Shown here one piece after another: positions 14,063 to 27,406 of a stretch of DNA of 64,000 nucleotides (position 1 is its first letter; each line of letters begins with the position of its first letter). Location of the stretch: positions 80,476,001 through 80,540,000 of the forward strand of contig OX597814.1 in the NCBI GenBank assembly GCA_951406725.2. The letters are read 5' to 3'. The notes under the pieces are model-generated. The model was not told where the DNA came from and searched no databases. It saw only the letters and a program-made list of their open reading frames with translations. This DNA comes from Octopus vulgaris (Eukaryota). The position numbers were made by a program, and so were the translations under genes.

Positions 14063-14834
14063 GTTCGTGCAATTAATAACAGAAACAATGTTCAAAGCCT
14101 TTTATTGTTTCAAGTTAAATTTTACTTAATATATCCCTGTAGTAATCCTGGTTTAACTACTGATGTCCTAAAAGAGCACTAAGTTATCTAATATTTCTTT
14201 TTATGTTTTAAAGTATTGTAATTTTATGGATAAGGCGGCACACAAAGCTGGCAGAATCCTTAGCATGTCGGATAAAATGTTTAGAGCAATTTTTTTCCGG
14301 CTCTTTAAGTTCTAAGTTCAAATCCACTGAAGTAGACTTTGCCTTTCAACTCTTAGGGGTCGATGAAATAAGGAGTCAGTAAAGTACTGGCATCGATGTA
14401 ATTGACTTGTTTCCTCTCACAAAAAATTATTGGCATTGGAAACTACAACAGATTGGCATCTCGACTAGAGTTAATGTTGCGATCTCGGTTCCTTATACAC
14501 CATGAAAACCGGTTAACTGGTTCTTATAAGTACTAGGGCTCGAGAAAATTTCGTTTTTAATTAATAGATATTTGACTGTTATTTCTGTTACATAAAGTCA
14601 CAATCTAAACAACTAAATCATTCCTGTATTTAAAAGGATTTACTGTTTTAAATAGCAACACTACTCCATGGGCCCATTAGATAAAAAATGCTCGAAATAT
14701 ATGATGTCGAACAACAACAACTCTTTTCATTAGAAACAAACCCTTTTAAAAACAAAAGTCACTGAGTATTGCGATGTCTATTTCAGATATTAGCGGTTCT
14801 GAAGATTATAGGGTGAAGACCTAATTCAATCATG

Positions 14835-15125
14835 AAAACCATGGGATTGCACATTGAAAGTTAACCCACGAGGCACAAGTTCGGGAAAGGTTGTCTATGG
14901 AGATCTGTAGTAACCCATGCATACCAACCCCTCTCTCCAAGGAAAAGGCAAAGGCCGATACAGCACCAGGGACATCACAACTCATTTCTACAGCTGAGTA
15001 AACTGGAGCAACGTAAAATATAGTGTCCTGCTCAAGAACATAACACACAGCCCAATCCGGGAATCGAACTCACTACCTTATAATTGTGAGCCCAACGTTC
15101 TAACTACTGAACATGCGCCGTCACC
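14835..15125 (-). mobile_element. tRNA-derived SINE, family C
   Basis: Plus strand CAGCTGAGTAAACTGGAGCAACGT...CTCAAGAACA...GGGAATCGAACTCAC (B-box on minus). Related copies at 59295-59628 and 59797-59935. Confidence 0.75.
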
Positions 15126-15499
15126 TGAATATCCATCACGATAAACTAAGGTTTATCGGCATCGCCTTTCTCCTGTGAAACACTGGTCGAGTCGAGACAG
15201 GAGGCTTGCATGTATGGGGAAGTACAGTAGCAAAAGAAAACCTTGCATAGGTGGTCGCCTTCTATAGGAAGTTTCCTGCTGCAGATAATCAGCTCCTCAG
15301 AGTGTTTGTGAGAAAGAGGTAAGGAAACGGACAAAAAAGACAGAGAGAGAAAGAAAGAGAGACGCAGAGAGCGAGAATGTGCGAGCGTGTGTGTATGTGT
15401 GTGAGGGCGAGTAAGAGCGTGTTTGTCTACGTTTGTGTTCCAGTATGTGGTGCATGTGTGTATGCGCTTGCATGTGTGTGTGAGACACAGAGAGAAAGC

Positions 15500-15579
<80 letters not shown>

Positions 15580-15737
15580 CTGTGTGTGTATGTGTGTCTG
15601 CGTGTCTGTGTGTGCGCGTGGGGAGGGTGCACGTGTCTATTTAAGACAGCTCTATGAAAATCAGCATGTATCTTATATACAAAAAACTTCAATAGCACAA
15701 GCAAGATTTACTTGAAAGATCTATATAAATATATATA

Positions 15738-15950
15738 CAGTAATCCCTCGCCGTTTCGCGGTTTACCTATCGCGGCTCACCTATCGTCCATTCCTCCGTG
15801 GTGTTGTTTTGCATTGATATTAAAATAAATATATAGAAATTATAAAAATAGTAAAAAGAAATACAGTCCAGTACTGATCCTACTTCGTAGTTTTTCACCT
15901 ATCGCGAGGAGTTTTGGAGCGTAACACCCACGACAGTCGAGAGATTACTG
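15738..15950. mobile_element. Tigger/pogo-type MITE
   Basis: TIRs CAGTAATCCCTCG and CGAGAGATTACTG with TA on both sides. The same terminus occurs at 63419. Confidence 0.85.
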
Positions 15951-18917
15951 TAAATGATATATGAAAACAACGGAGAAACTCTTGCGAACGTTAATTTTAG
16001 CAGAATTTAACTAGGTATTGCCTCCCTTGGATCAATGAATTCCAGGGGAAATAATAGAAATCTAACTGAAGATATATTGTAATTATCTCCCTTAGCTAAC
16101 GGTAACAAGTCCTTCAAATCGTTAATTTTGCCATTGTTAACACTGTACTAATGCTCCCCAGGTTTATAAGAAATACAATTCAAGGCTACAGGAAGTTCTA
16201 TGCCAATACTATAGCAATTTCGAGGTACACTTCGTTACAACAACTGCGACAATATCAAACAGCGATGATGACGATATCAATGTCCTCTAAGCGGACTTGT
16301 TGCAATCTTTTATTTACATCCTGAAGTAAGAGGAAAGGGAAGAAACGTTGAATAAGGTAGTTCTGCTACCACTATAAAATCAAGATTAACATCAATCTGT
16401 CCAATCACAGTTGACTTGGAGTTCAGCAACCAAAACAAAATCAGCAACAACGAACATGAGCCAACAAAGTAGGCTATAAGTGGTTACTAAACATGTTAGA
16501 AATAGTTGCGAAATTTCATAAGTTTCTTGAAAAGTGGTGGGGACGTGCATATATATGTTTCATTTATTCATAAGTGTGTGTATGTGGGTGTGGGTGTGTG
16601 GCTGAAACCATAAAAATACTTTCTATTCAATAAGACTGAACTGGGCTACAAAACAACAACGATGAACTTGAAGTTGATGATGATGATGATGATGGTGGTG
16701 GTGATATCGGTGATGGTTTGATTTATTTCGCACATTTCCTTTCAGGAAATTAGTAGTGCTCAAGGGAAGCAACTTTTAATATTTTTCTAAAGTTATTTCC
16801 CTTGCAATTTTTATTCATATTTTTTATTTATTTATTTATTCATTCATCTATCTATTTATTTCTTTTTGCAATATAGCTGCTGGATAAATAAATCGATTAG
16901 CATTTCATTGCACCTTCTATGACTGCACTTTTTATATTCATCCTAAAAAGGAAAGATAGCTCAAAATATCGATATATGTTGCAACACATTGTATCAGTGC
17001 TTTACCAGTTCTTTCATTCACTACCCCACCGTCAATCTATATATTTGGACTAAGAACAAGGAACAATGAATTTTTGCATTATTATTACTGGTTCTAAGGC
17101 GGCTAGCTGGCAGAATCATTATCACACCGGACAAAATCCTTAACGACATTTCGTCCGTTTTTAAGTCCTGAGTTCAAATTCCTCCGCTGTCGATTTTGCC
17201 TTTCATCCGTTTGGGGTTCAGAAAACAAGTACTAGTTCAGTACTGGGTTGATGTAATTGACTCGCCCCTTCTCCATAAATTTCAGGCTTTGTATCTATAA
17301 GAGTAATTATTGAATTTATTGGTTCTAAATTCATCAATAGACGAAGCTTGGACCCATTTGTTAAGGAGCTCGCGTCACAACAAAAAAATCACAGGTTCAG
17401 TACAACATAGCATCTTTGGTAGATGCCAGTTTTACAGTGTCAGCTCAACCTGTGAGGGTAAATTGAGTAGAGGGGGGACTGTATAGAAGACCGCCGGGTG
17501 GATTGTACTTATAGTTCAAAAGGTACAGCCTTTCCACAAACTATGTAACACTGATTCTGTCATTTCTGCCAGATAATTACGTTAAAACCAGGGTCCGGAT
17601 AAAACATTCTTAGGACAAAACCCTACTCTAGACTACGTGAATGTTTGGAAGACCATGGGGCAATTTTTTAATGGCGTAGAGTACAGCATCAACTCGATGT
17701 AAAACTTTAAACGAACCTCAACACTTACTGAAGTTTTTAATACTATTTGTTTTGATATTTCTTTAATGTTCTTGGAGGTAAATTTTTGTCGTTTTCCTTG
17801 TTCCAATGCCCTTGGTATTGCAGTTTTGCTGCGTCAGATCAATCACTTTCGCTTGTTGTCCCGGTTCTCCGCGATCTACGTTCAAATTCCTCTGAGATCA
17901 ATTTTAGCTTTCAATCTTTCGTAGCCGATAAATCGAGAACCAATCGAAAGCAGTGGATTACCTTCTGAAATCTGTCCGGATCTTTGCGCTTTCAGTCCAA
18001 ATTCCACTAAAGAAATCAAATTTTACCGATAGCCAAGGCCAGTCACTCGACCATGATACCACAACTAATTAAGTGGGAAAATGTTGTGGTCGTCTGCTAC
18101 TACAATGGGACGATTATGATGGTGACGGGCTTAAAAAAGGTCAATTCGACTGAGAAATTTTTAACCACATAGCAAAGTTGTATATGTCATTTGATGAAAC
18201 TTCTATGTAGTACCTCAACCTGCAACAAATAGCAACTAAATCTTTCTCGTATCATACAGTTGCGCCTTACAAAGAAATGGTAGTTAGTCATAGAAAAATA
18301 TGGTATGGTGATAGCTGGAACATCTTTGGTTCTTGGTCTACTCATTCAAGCAGCACTTTTGCTACGAATTTCTTCGGCCTGCAAGCAATATCAGTCAAAT
18401 ATCCCTCAATTTGGATATCAAAATAGAGACACTACATCAGAAAAAACATAAGACCCGATAGTCATAGCTATAACGTCTTTGTCAACAATTTTGCTTGGTT
18501 GGGGGCTGATTTGGCTAGCCACCGAAACTGCCGTCTGCCACTGCTTTTATAATGAAAAGTTTACTTTAAGGTAATAGAACTCGTCTAGCTATACGTATTA
18601 GCATTTGCAAACTGGAAGCTTTCCAGCAATGCTTCTTCTTAAATTCCTACGAGAACACAATTACAAATGTGAGACAAATAGTAGAATTAGTATCTGTTGT
18701 TCAAAGAAACATTCGAGTAAACGAACTAGTAACTGTATTTAAATGTTGCTGTATCAGACCATCTGGTCCAGAGAAGAAACATTTGGAACACACATCCAGG
18801 AGAAGAAAAAAAAGAGGAACCTTGTTAAACCAGATAAAGGCAATGTCCAAGAAACATGCATTGCATCAAGAGGCAAAACTAAACCAGAAATCCCGGCGGG
18901 AGCAGCCAGAAATATTG

Positions 18918-19322
18918 CTTTCAAATATTGGAACGAGGCCAGTGATTTCAGGGAAGGGAGTGCAGGTCGATTACTTTGACCTAAGTACTCATGTGATGCG
19001 TATTTTATCGACCCCGAAAGGATGAAAGGTAAAGTCGACCTCTGCAGAATTTGAATGCAGGACGAAAGAACGGACGAAATGCTGCTAAGCATTTTGCCCA
19101 GCGTGCTAACGATTTTGCCAGCTCCTCGCCTTAGCAGCCTGAAATAGTGGTTTCAAATTTTGGCACAAAGCCAGCAATTTTAGGGGAGGATAAGTCAATT
19201 ACATGGACTCCAGTGCTCAACTAGTATTTATTTTATCGACCCCGAAAACATGAACGGTAAGGTCGACTCCGACTCAATACATGCCGCTAAGCATAGTAAC
19301 GATTCTGCCAGTTCACCGCCCT
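18918..19322 (-). mobile_element. Two tandem SINE family B copies
   Basis: Two head-to-tail copies bounded and separated by AGCAGCC(A/T)GAAATA-like repeats. Confidence 0.85.
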
Positions 19323-19659
19323 CATAGCCTGAAGTGTTAACATGTTAGCAATATTAATCAACAAATAAACTAATTGTGTCCGTGGGAAACCACAGAAACC
19401 ACAAAAAGACTATGTTATCGACAGTTGAATTAATATTAATATACCAAATGCAAAGAGCATTACAAAGTTAACTAGAAATAATATTACGGTATGGGATGGC
19501 ACAAGATCTATTTCAAACAAACGTCCAAGCTGCCAATTTGGAAGGGTTATAGTTTTATCGTTGTTTGGGGAAAATATTAGAAGAGATCACATTATTTTAA
19601 TTATTTCGGCAAGCTTGGAAGACAACTCTGAATATATTCCGACATTATTATGATCTTAT

Positions 19660-20742
19660 TATGCTGCCAAGAACCGTTAAAGGATGGATTAGGGATGCCG
19701 TGGCTATTGATGTGCAGGCATGCATTGAGGCTAAGGCATCTCTGGCTCTACCTTGATGGTGACCAGATGTGGAATTCGCTTGCAGAGGAATTCTTTCCAC
19801 GACCGGCCTCCTTGGAGGAATTTACACCCGATTTGATAAAAAGACAGAATATGACTGAATAGCAAAAGGAATGCCGAAAGGCACTCACACTAATCCACAG
19901 GGTGGGCAAGGCCGGCAGCGGAAACGCTACTTCTGTATTTTATAAAGAGATGGTAGAGTATAAGGGCGATGGCGTCCTAGGAGAGGCTCTGGGATTCGAT
20001 GAGAACCAACTAGCCAACCTGTTTCAAAAAACCTTCCGGTCGGGGTATTTGGATAATTACCAAAGATCCCTGACCTGGCAGTGTTACAGGGATGCGTTAC
20101 CTGCCCGTGATAAACTGTCCAGGAACGGAATATCTGTGCCACCGGTATACCCAAGGTGCGGACAGGACAAAGAAACTGTCCTACATGCTCTTGTACAGTG
20201 TCCGGAACTTTCGGGCTTGATAATTTACGTAGAACATGTGTTGTCGCACCTGGGAAGAGTACAGCTATCAGCTGAGTCTGTGATAAAGATTGTACCGGAC
20301 TATCAAAGGAAGGTGAGGCATGTTTTCTGTATACGATCGAAGTAATAAAAGGGTGTGCATGGAGAACAAGAATGCAAGGAATCGTGACAGGATCCTTCAT
20401 CTCCGGCCCTGGTTTGCTATACTTCTTCAGGTACCACCTGAAGAGCAAGATAGGGCTGGAAAGAGACACCTGTCACGAAGTATATATGAGAAAAGATGGA
20501 AGGATGTCGTAAGGAAGTTGGGAGTGACTGTCCCTACTTAATTCCACCCATATTAAAAGCAAGGTGCAGTCGCTGGCCTTCCGGCCATATTTTGTTAAAA
20601 AAAGGTTTGTGGAAATTTTTTAATTTATATATATATGATTCATCAAATTTTTTAATATAAGCTCACTCATTACATTTGTATGTTTGTAACGTCCTGTACT
20701 GTCCTTCTTTGTAATAGATATTTATTATCATAATAAAGAAAT
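19660..20742 (+). mobile_element. Tx1/L1-clade LINE 3' fragment (end of ORF2, zf-RVT, 3' UTR)
   Basis: DGLGMPWLLMCRHALRLRHLW...LTWQCYRDALPARDKL...YPRCGQDKETVLHALVQCP; ends AATAAAGAAAT. Confidence 0.88.
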
Positions 20743-21439
20743 CGGTGATTGTCACTTTTCTGCGTTCGGCTGCTGTTGCTCATCTGTTGCAATTGTTAAG
20801 TTTGAGCTCTTGTTGGGATTGAACTGTTGTCGTCGTTTTGACGAAAATTTTCGCCCTACGGGGCAGAAGATTAATTTGTTTTTCTTTTTTTATTGTACAT
20901 CTTATTAAACAGTTTCAGGGTGAAAATTAATTTTTGTCATTTTTTGAGAAAAATATTTACGCTTCTATTTTGAAATTCGGAGGCCATTTGTAAAAATGGA
21001 ATTAAATGTTGTCGAATGTCGACTTTCTGTTCTCAATGGAAGACTTGCCGGCAATGAAAGAAAATAACCAATATATCCTGGGGATAGATTTCTTCGACTC
21101 AAGCATGGTCCAGTCAAATGACTGAAACAAGTAAAAGAATAAGCAACTAAAAGAATTACTCAATGAAAGCTAAGTAAATGGTCTTTTAAGTAAAAGCGTT
21201 TATTTTGACAATATCTTGCTTCATATTCTACAACTCAATATATAGATTCTACAATATTTATATTTATTTAGATGATTTCTCTGTAAACAACATTCATAGT
21301 AAACAAAGTTATGTTTTCATCATTACGATGTCTTGTTAGCTGTGCGGTCGAATTCTCTTTGATCTGCAAATATCCTCAGGTTTCCTGGTTCGTCCACTCA
21401 ACTGATGGTAACATAAATTAGTCTGTGTGATTATTGCAT

Positions 21440-21800
21440 CTTCCGACTCCTGAGTTAGTTTGTTTCTGGCTACTGAGCAAATTCTTCACCAGATGCTAAC
21501 GACCACTGAAATTGAAAGATTCAATCCGCTTCTCTTTAACTTTTGTCCTTGGTTGTTGTTCATCGATATACCAAAATAAACCATATAGGAAACTGCAGAA
21601 ACGTCTGAAAAAATTGTGTCTGTATTGGCAATATTTGGAATTCTTCCTTTGCCCAATTCCAGAAATAAGTCTGCATGGTGGGTTGCCTATTAAATGCAGC
21701 AAAATCGTTGTTGTTCAAACATTTGAGAACTTCCATATTTGTCTGGATATGAAAAAAATTGCATTGACGTCAAATGGAAGATCTTTTCACGCATGCATCC
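21440..21800 (-). pseudogene. Decayed hAT (Buster/ZBED5-like) transposase C-terminal dimerisation region
   Basis: Minus-strand pieces such as FWNWAKEEFQILP, FLQFP, SYM, RTK and RLNL fit the FW...EFP.L...A...L.PF.TSY pattern. Heavily frameshifted. Confidence 0.45.
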
Positions 21801-24555
21801 ACTACCGAATCGACTGTCTTTTAGTTCGTTTTTATAGAAGACAAATTGGCTTGGTAGTTAATGCGTCGAACAAAATGCAACACAGAATTTGTTCCGTATC
21901 TCTGCATTCATAGTTGAAATAAAATCCTGTCTAGAAAAGTTTTTACATTTCATCTTGTGGAGATCAATAAAAAAAATACCTGTACAAAGCGGTGAATTGG
22001 AAGAAGTGAACGAACCGTATGCTTTACTGTAGCTGTAGCTGTTCCGTCCTTCTGTTTTCGAGTCCCAAATCCCACCAGGGCTTATTTGAGTGGTTGACTT
22101 AATTTGCTGCTCGGTCTAACACCACCACCACCTGGAACCTGAGGTGCTAAGTAGTGGTATTGTGGACATCACCTTCCTTTCTGACTAAAGAGATTTTTAA
22201 AAATGAAATAATCTTGGTTCTGAGCATTTAGTGGACGGAGAGACAGACTGCCTGACGGACAGAGAAACAGCTCTTATAATGTAGATTACTTTTTGTATTT
22301 TCTATGCGCAATCCCTAATCGAGAGTATTTATGACCCAAGATATTCATTCCGGCCATGATCATTCTGTCTTCTTTTTTCAGACATAATGCACACAGCATT
22401 CTGCTCCCCAACACAACCGATTGACCAGCTGAAGTGCCTCGCAGTCGAAAACTTGGCTGTCATTCAACCCGTTGGATGAATGCTATATACCAGACTTCAA
22501 TGTTCAATATGTTCTTCGTTTAAGACGCTCGTGTGTAATTTAGATAAAATTAGCTGCTATTTCTTGCATGTCAAATGACCGCGTAGAGATTCCATCGTTG
22601 ATTCGTCTACAAGATGGCTGTTGCTGTTTAATCCCACGTCAACACTTATCCATCATCAAAGGCTTTCTAGTCGTTATCATCGCGTTATTTAAAATTTTTA
22701 TATGTACAGAGAACCATTTTAAGACAGCAGTGTGATTTAAGGGAGATTGGTTATTATTTCTAGCATGTTGAGGTACCACTTCGAAGTTTCATCGCTGATT
22801 CGTCACCAAGACAACAAAATACTGGCGACGTAATAGTTGTAGTTTTTTGTTTTTTTAAAAATTACATTAAATTCCAAGATGAATGTAAGAGAATTACATA
22901 AATTTTTAATTTTGTCATTCGTTGATTAGAGATACTGAAGACAGTGGCATAACGGAAATGCTATTGGTTGGCACGAATTAGATTAAAGATGAATCTGGAG
23001 ACATGATAGATTGATTTCAGGAAGATTAACAGAAATTAGAAATAAAAAATGGCGTTGCCCGCTAATTACGCATTCAATGTGAAACAACATTATTGTTTAG
23101 AGGAGTGATGCACAAGATGAACCATATAACCTAGAAGTGATTCTCACAAAATATTTTAATCGCTCAAAAACATTCGCATATTTGAGAAGTTGTATGTATA
23201 TTTGATTATGAAATTTTCACGATCACGCCATTTACTTTTTCTTTATATATTTATCGTAAAAATTCATGTATAATACGCTACTCTGTTTCACTATGCATCT
23301 CGATTATGGGCGGGGGTAATTTATCCTATAGGCCTATAATGTTATCTCCACTACACAGTCAAATGCTTCTTGAGATGTGACTTTTGTGCCTCAGTGACTG
23401 TCAGAGCTATACCAGTGGCCGAAAGTTCGTGGTGGAGCCGTCCTCTCGTAGTGGACAAGTCTAAGTATAGGGCCAAGTCTAACATGGTCCTCTTCTTTCC
23501 AGAGGTAAAAATGAAATCGCGTGGGGCAAACATCCTTTGCTAGAAATATGTGAAGTTATAGAAGCATCAATGGCAATTCAAAACGAACAAGACCTGGAGA
23601 GGCGCAGGGTCTTTGATGAACAACAGAGAAAAGTCGTCGATGGCCGAAGCTCAATGGGAAGTAAAGGGCTTAAAAATGTAGAATACCATGTATAGCATGC
23701 AGCACTGCACAGCTGCTGCTAGCGTAGCTAAAATCTAATCTATTATAAACTAGCATTACTTTCAATATTCCATTTTATGAAGGCAACATGCTAGCAGAAT
23801 CGTTAGCACTTCAGGCAAAATGCTTGGCAGTATTTCGTTCGTCCTTACGTTCTGAGTTCAAATTCGACCGAGGTCGACTTCGCCGTTCATCTCATTCAGG
23901 GTCGATAGAATAAGTACAAGTTGAGCACTGGGATCGATGTATTCGATTTACCCCCTCCCTCGAACTTTCTAACCTTGTGCCAAAATTCGTAACATGTATT
24001 TCATTTTAAGTAAAATAAACGCATGCATAAATATTAATCTAAAAAGTAATAAAGCAGTACTACCTTATTATTACATTTTTTAATAACAGTGAGTGGGGGA
24101 AACTGTGCAGCCTAATATCGTATTATACACATCCCTAATTTTAATTTTGGTTTTGGTGAGAAAATGTGCGTGTTAAAGTTTTACGGTAATTTGATATTTA
24201 CAGCCTTCAGATATGGATAAGTTTTTTCCGTTTTTTTAAAGTATATTTTGAATTAAATTTGTGCATGAATATTGATTTTTAGTTTATTTAGTCGATATTA
24301 GAGTGGGTCATGGATGAGATATTGTAGCCCGTAGTAGAAGTAAAATGGTTGTGCATTACTGACTTAGGGATACGTTTGTGTTTAACGTTGTATTTTTTTA
24401 AAATTCTACTTCATAAAAATTATGAATAAATTAACAAAGATTTTCATCGTAAAATTATATTAGCTCGAGATAAAATAGTAACACTTTAACCTGTTGGTAG
24501 GTGTTTTTGCTAGTGTAATCACCTGGCAAGCGATAGTCATGTAGTTCGAATCTTA

Positions 24556-24608
<53 letters not shown>

Positions 24609-24610
24609 CT

Positions 24611-24691
<81 letters not shown>

Positions 24692-25089
24692 TGATAAAAC
24701 TAGACATAAATTTCACCAAAGTGTATTGAAAAGCTTTAAACAACATGCAAGGTCCAATAATAACAATTTACTGATTTTTTAACATATAAAAACAGAGAAG
24801 TAAAGAGTGGATCTGGTCTCTAAAGCCAACTGTTTCGATTATAATCAGACTTCTTAAGTGACGTAGATTCACTTCAGTTGGTAAGATTTAGTGTGTTCAG
24901 TATATATCGAAACAAGATGAACGTGGTGGCGTTGATTGGAAATATCAGCGATAAGGCTGGGGGGAAATACGTATATCAGACTAGGTTTCTGCATTCAAAA
25001 TACAAATACATAAATAAAGTTTACGTCCTTATTGAAGGATGCTATCATGGTATCTATAGATAGGGTTAACGCTTGTCTGGTGTGAGGTC

Positions 25090-25290
25090 TTGATGTTGTC
25101 GTTTAACCTCAGATCAGTCCTGATCTAACAAACTTTTATCGAAGCTGCTTTAACCGTAACCTTTTTTTTTTTATCAATCATTGTGCATCTAGAACTATCC
25201 TATTTGTCTTTCCATTTTAGGTTTTAGAATGGGATTTGAGGGGAGATTTGGCTGCTATTTGCAATAGATCGAGTGGCCACATAAAGTTCT
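25090..25290 (+). repeat. Dispersed ~200-bp repeat family D (representative copy)
   Basis: The motif GATTTGAGGGAGATTTGGCTGCTATTT..AG plus upstream TCAGCCCTGATC recurs, decayed, at about 18230-18520 (-), 22300-22800, 25560-25740, 25860-26140, 28440-28610, 43240-43510 (-) and 44110-44300 (-). Confidence 0.65.
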
Positions 25291-26148
25291 TTGTGCGATA
25301 ATAACAGCCAATATCTTGGGAAAGAGGTTGGCACCACCCTAATGATCATACCTAATGAAAGGCTTCAATAAAAATCACAAGAATATTTAATCCTAGTCAC
25401 GGGTTTGTGAACCCCAAACCGGAAAGATTGACCCCAATGACGAAAATTTTATGGGAACGGCTCAACTTCTAAGACAGCTTCATTTAAGAGATTATAGAAA
25501 TATTCAAAAGAGATTTATATGTTCATTGTTATTCAAGTTATCCACTCTGAAATACAGTAATTGCTTAGCATCGTAATTAGAGGCGTTCTAGCCTCGATCA
25601 CCCTGTCTTTTCATTTTTCTTCTTTGATTTTTTAGGTTCGCTTTTTATGTTTCCATTCCTTTTTTAAGACTATAAATTGTAGTTTGTAGGAAATTTAGCT
25701 GCTACTTCAAGCAACAGAGTTTCCTTGTTGAGTTTCTTGAAATGTTTTACAAGATCACAAATGTTTTACGAGAACACAAATATTTTATTTACTCGACACG
25801 GAGGGATTAAAATTGTCTGTGCTTAAGTTTATGTTTCAAGATTGGAGCTTACGTTTGTTGTAGTTGTTTGGTTCCAAGTCAGCTTTGATCAAAACAGACC
25901 CATAATCAAAGTATTGTACTCGTGACCATCGCATCTTTTTCTCAAGTGTAGAATGTATAAAACCAAACTTTTCAAATTTGCCTTGTTATTTATCCCCAGG
26001 TCAGCCCTGATCTCGTGAGGCCATTAGTAAAAGACTTCCAGCAGATACTATATCGTCAAAGACTATCCTATATACCTAGGACTGATCCCAATACGTCCCA
26101 CTTTTTGTGATGACATGGTTATGGTTTGTGATAGTTTCAGGTGTCATT

Positions 26149-26590
26149 AGTTTCACATTTCGGTACAAAGCCAGCAATTTGGGGGAACGGTAATTCGATT
26201 ATATCGATCTCCAGTATACAACTGATACTTATTTTATCGAAACCCAACAGGTGAAAGGCAAAGTTGACCTCAGTGGAATTTGAACTCAAAACGCGCAGAT
26301 GAACGAAACGCTTCTAAGCATTTTGCCAGCCGTGCTAACAATTCTACTAACTCGCCGCCTTCAGATTCGGGTATTATTTATTTCAAATTTTGACTCAAGG
26401 CCTGCAGTTTCGGGTGAAGAAATAAGTCGATTACAGCGATCCCAGGGTTCAACTGATATTTATTTTATCGACCCTGAAATGATGAAAGGCGAAGTCGACC
26501 TTGGCGGAACTTGAACTCAGAATCTAAAGACGGTCGAATGCCGCTAAACATTTTGTCCGTCGTGCTAACGATTCTACCAGCTCGCCGCCT
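26149..26590 (-). mobile_element. Two tandem SINE family B copies
   Basis: Two head-to-tail copies with a 230-bp period. Confidence 0.87.
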
Positions 26591-27046
26591 TCAGAATCGA
26601 GTATTATTGCTAGCCGATGATGTGACCATGTAAAAATTCCTTTGTTTGGCCACTTAGTTTGTTTGGAACTAGAACCAGAGTTTTTTTCTCTCTGGTGGTC
26701 CAGAATGTCTCGAAACACTACACGCTTAACACTTCTAGCACCAATTACAGTTTGTCCTTTCGTTAAGATTAATGTCACTCTATCAGTATTGCACCCTTTA
26801 TCCTCTTTCTTTTAATTGTTTCAGTCGCTGGAATGCAGCCATGCTCGGGCACCGCCATCAAGTGTTTAGTTGACCATATCGACCCAAGTACTTACTTTTT
26901 TAAGTATGATACTTATTCTATCGATCTCTTTTTGCTGAACTATTGAGTTATAGGGGACGTTAACAAACCAGCACCAATTGTCAAGTGGTGGTAGTGGTGG
27001 TGGTGGTGGGACAAACACTAACATAGGCACACATACATATACATAC

Positions 27047-27078
<32 letters not shown>

Positions 27079-27406
27079 TTGTATGTATATGTGTGTGTGT
27101 GAGTTTGTGTATGTATTATATATATAAATGTGTAATGGTGTCAGTCTGTGTGTTTGGGGTTACTCTAACTCTTCCCACACCGTCTAACCGATTTTAATGA
27201 TTTTTGGCGCATAGATAGATCACATGCCTGAAGTTCAAAGAAAGCCGGGTTTTTTTTTCGAAAACTCGATAATGCTCAGTTGGCATCGATTTTCGTGAGC
27301 TCAATGGGGCGTTTAAATGGAAATTCCCATAACCATGTTATTTTTCCTGCATGTCTTGCATCTTTTCACGTGTAAATTTTCAACAAAATCGATAGAATAG
27401 TCTCTA

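Noticed and set aside
15252-15304. Minus-strand CUGAGGA-stem-GAAA motif
   Set aside because: There are two extra bases before GAAA, no NUH triplet and no stem I.
15140-15325. Possible host exon ending in AG|GTAAGG
   Set aside because: All three plus-strand frames contain stops and there is no clear acceptor. A non-coding exon cannot be excluded but is unsupported.
25310-25495. Possible R4/RLE LINE C-terminus (FMGTAQLLRQ)
   Set aside because: A single short motif, too decayed to support a call.
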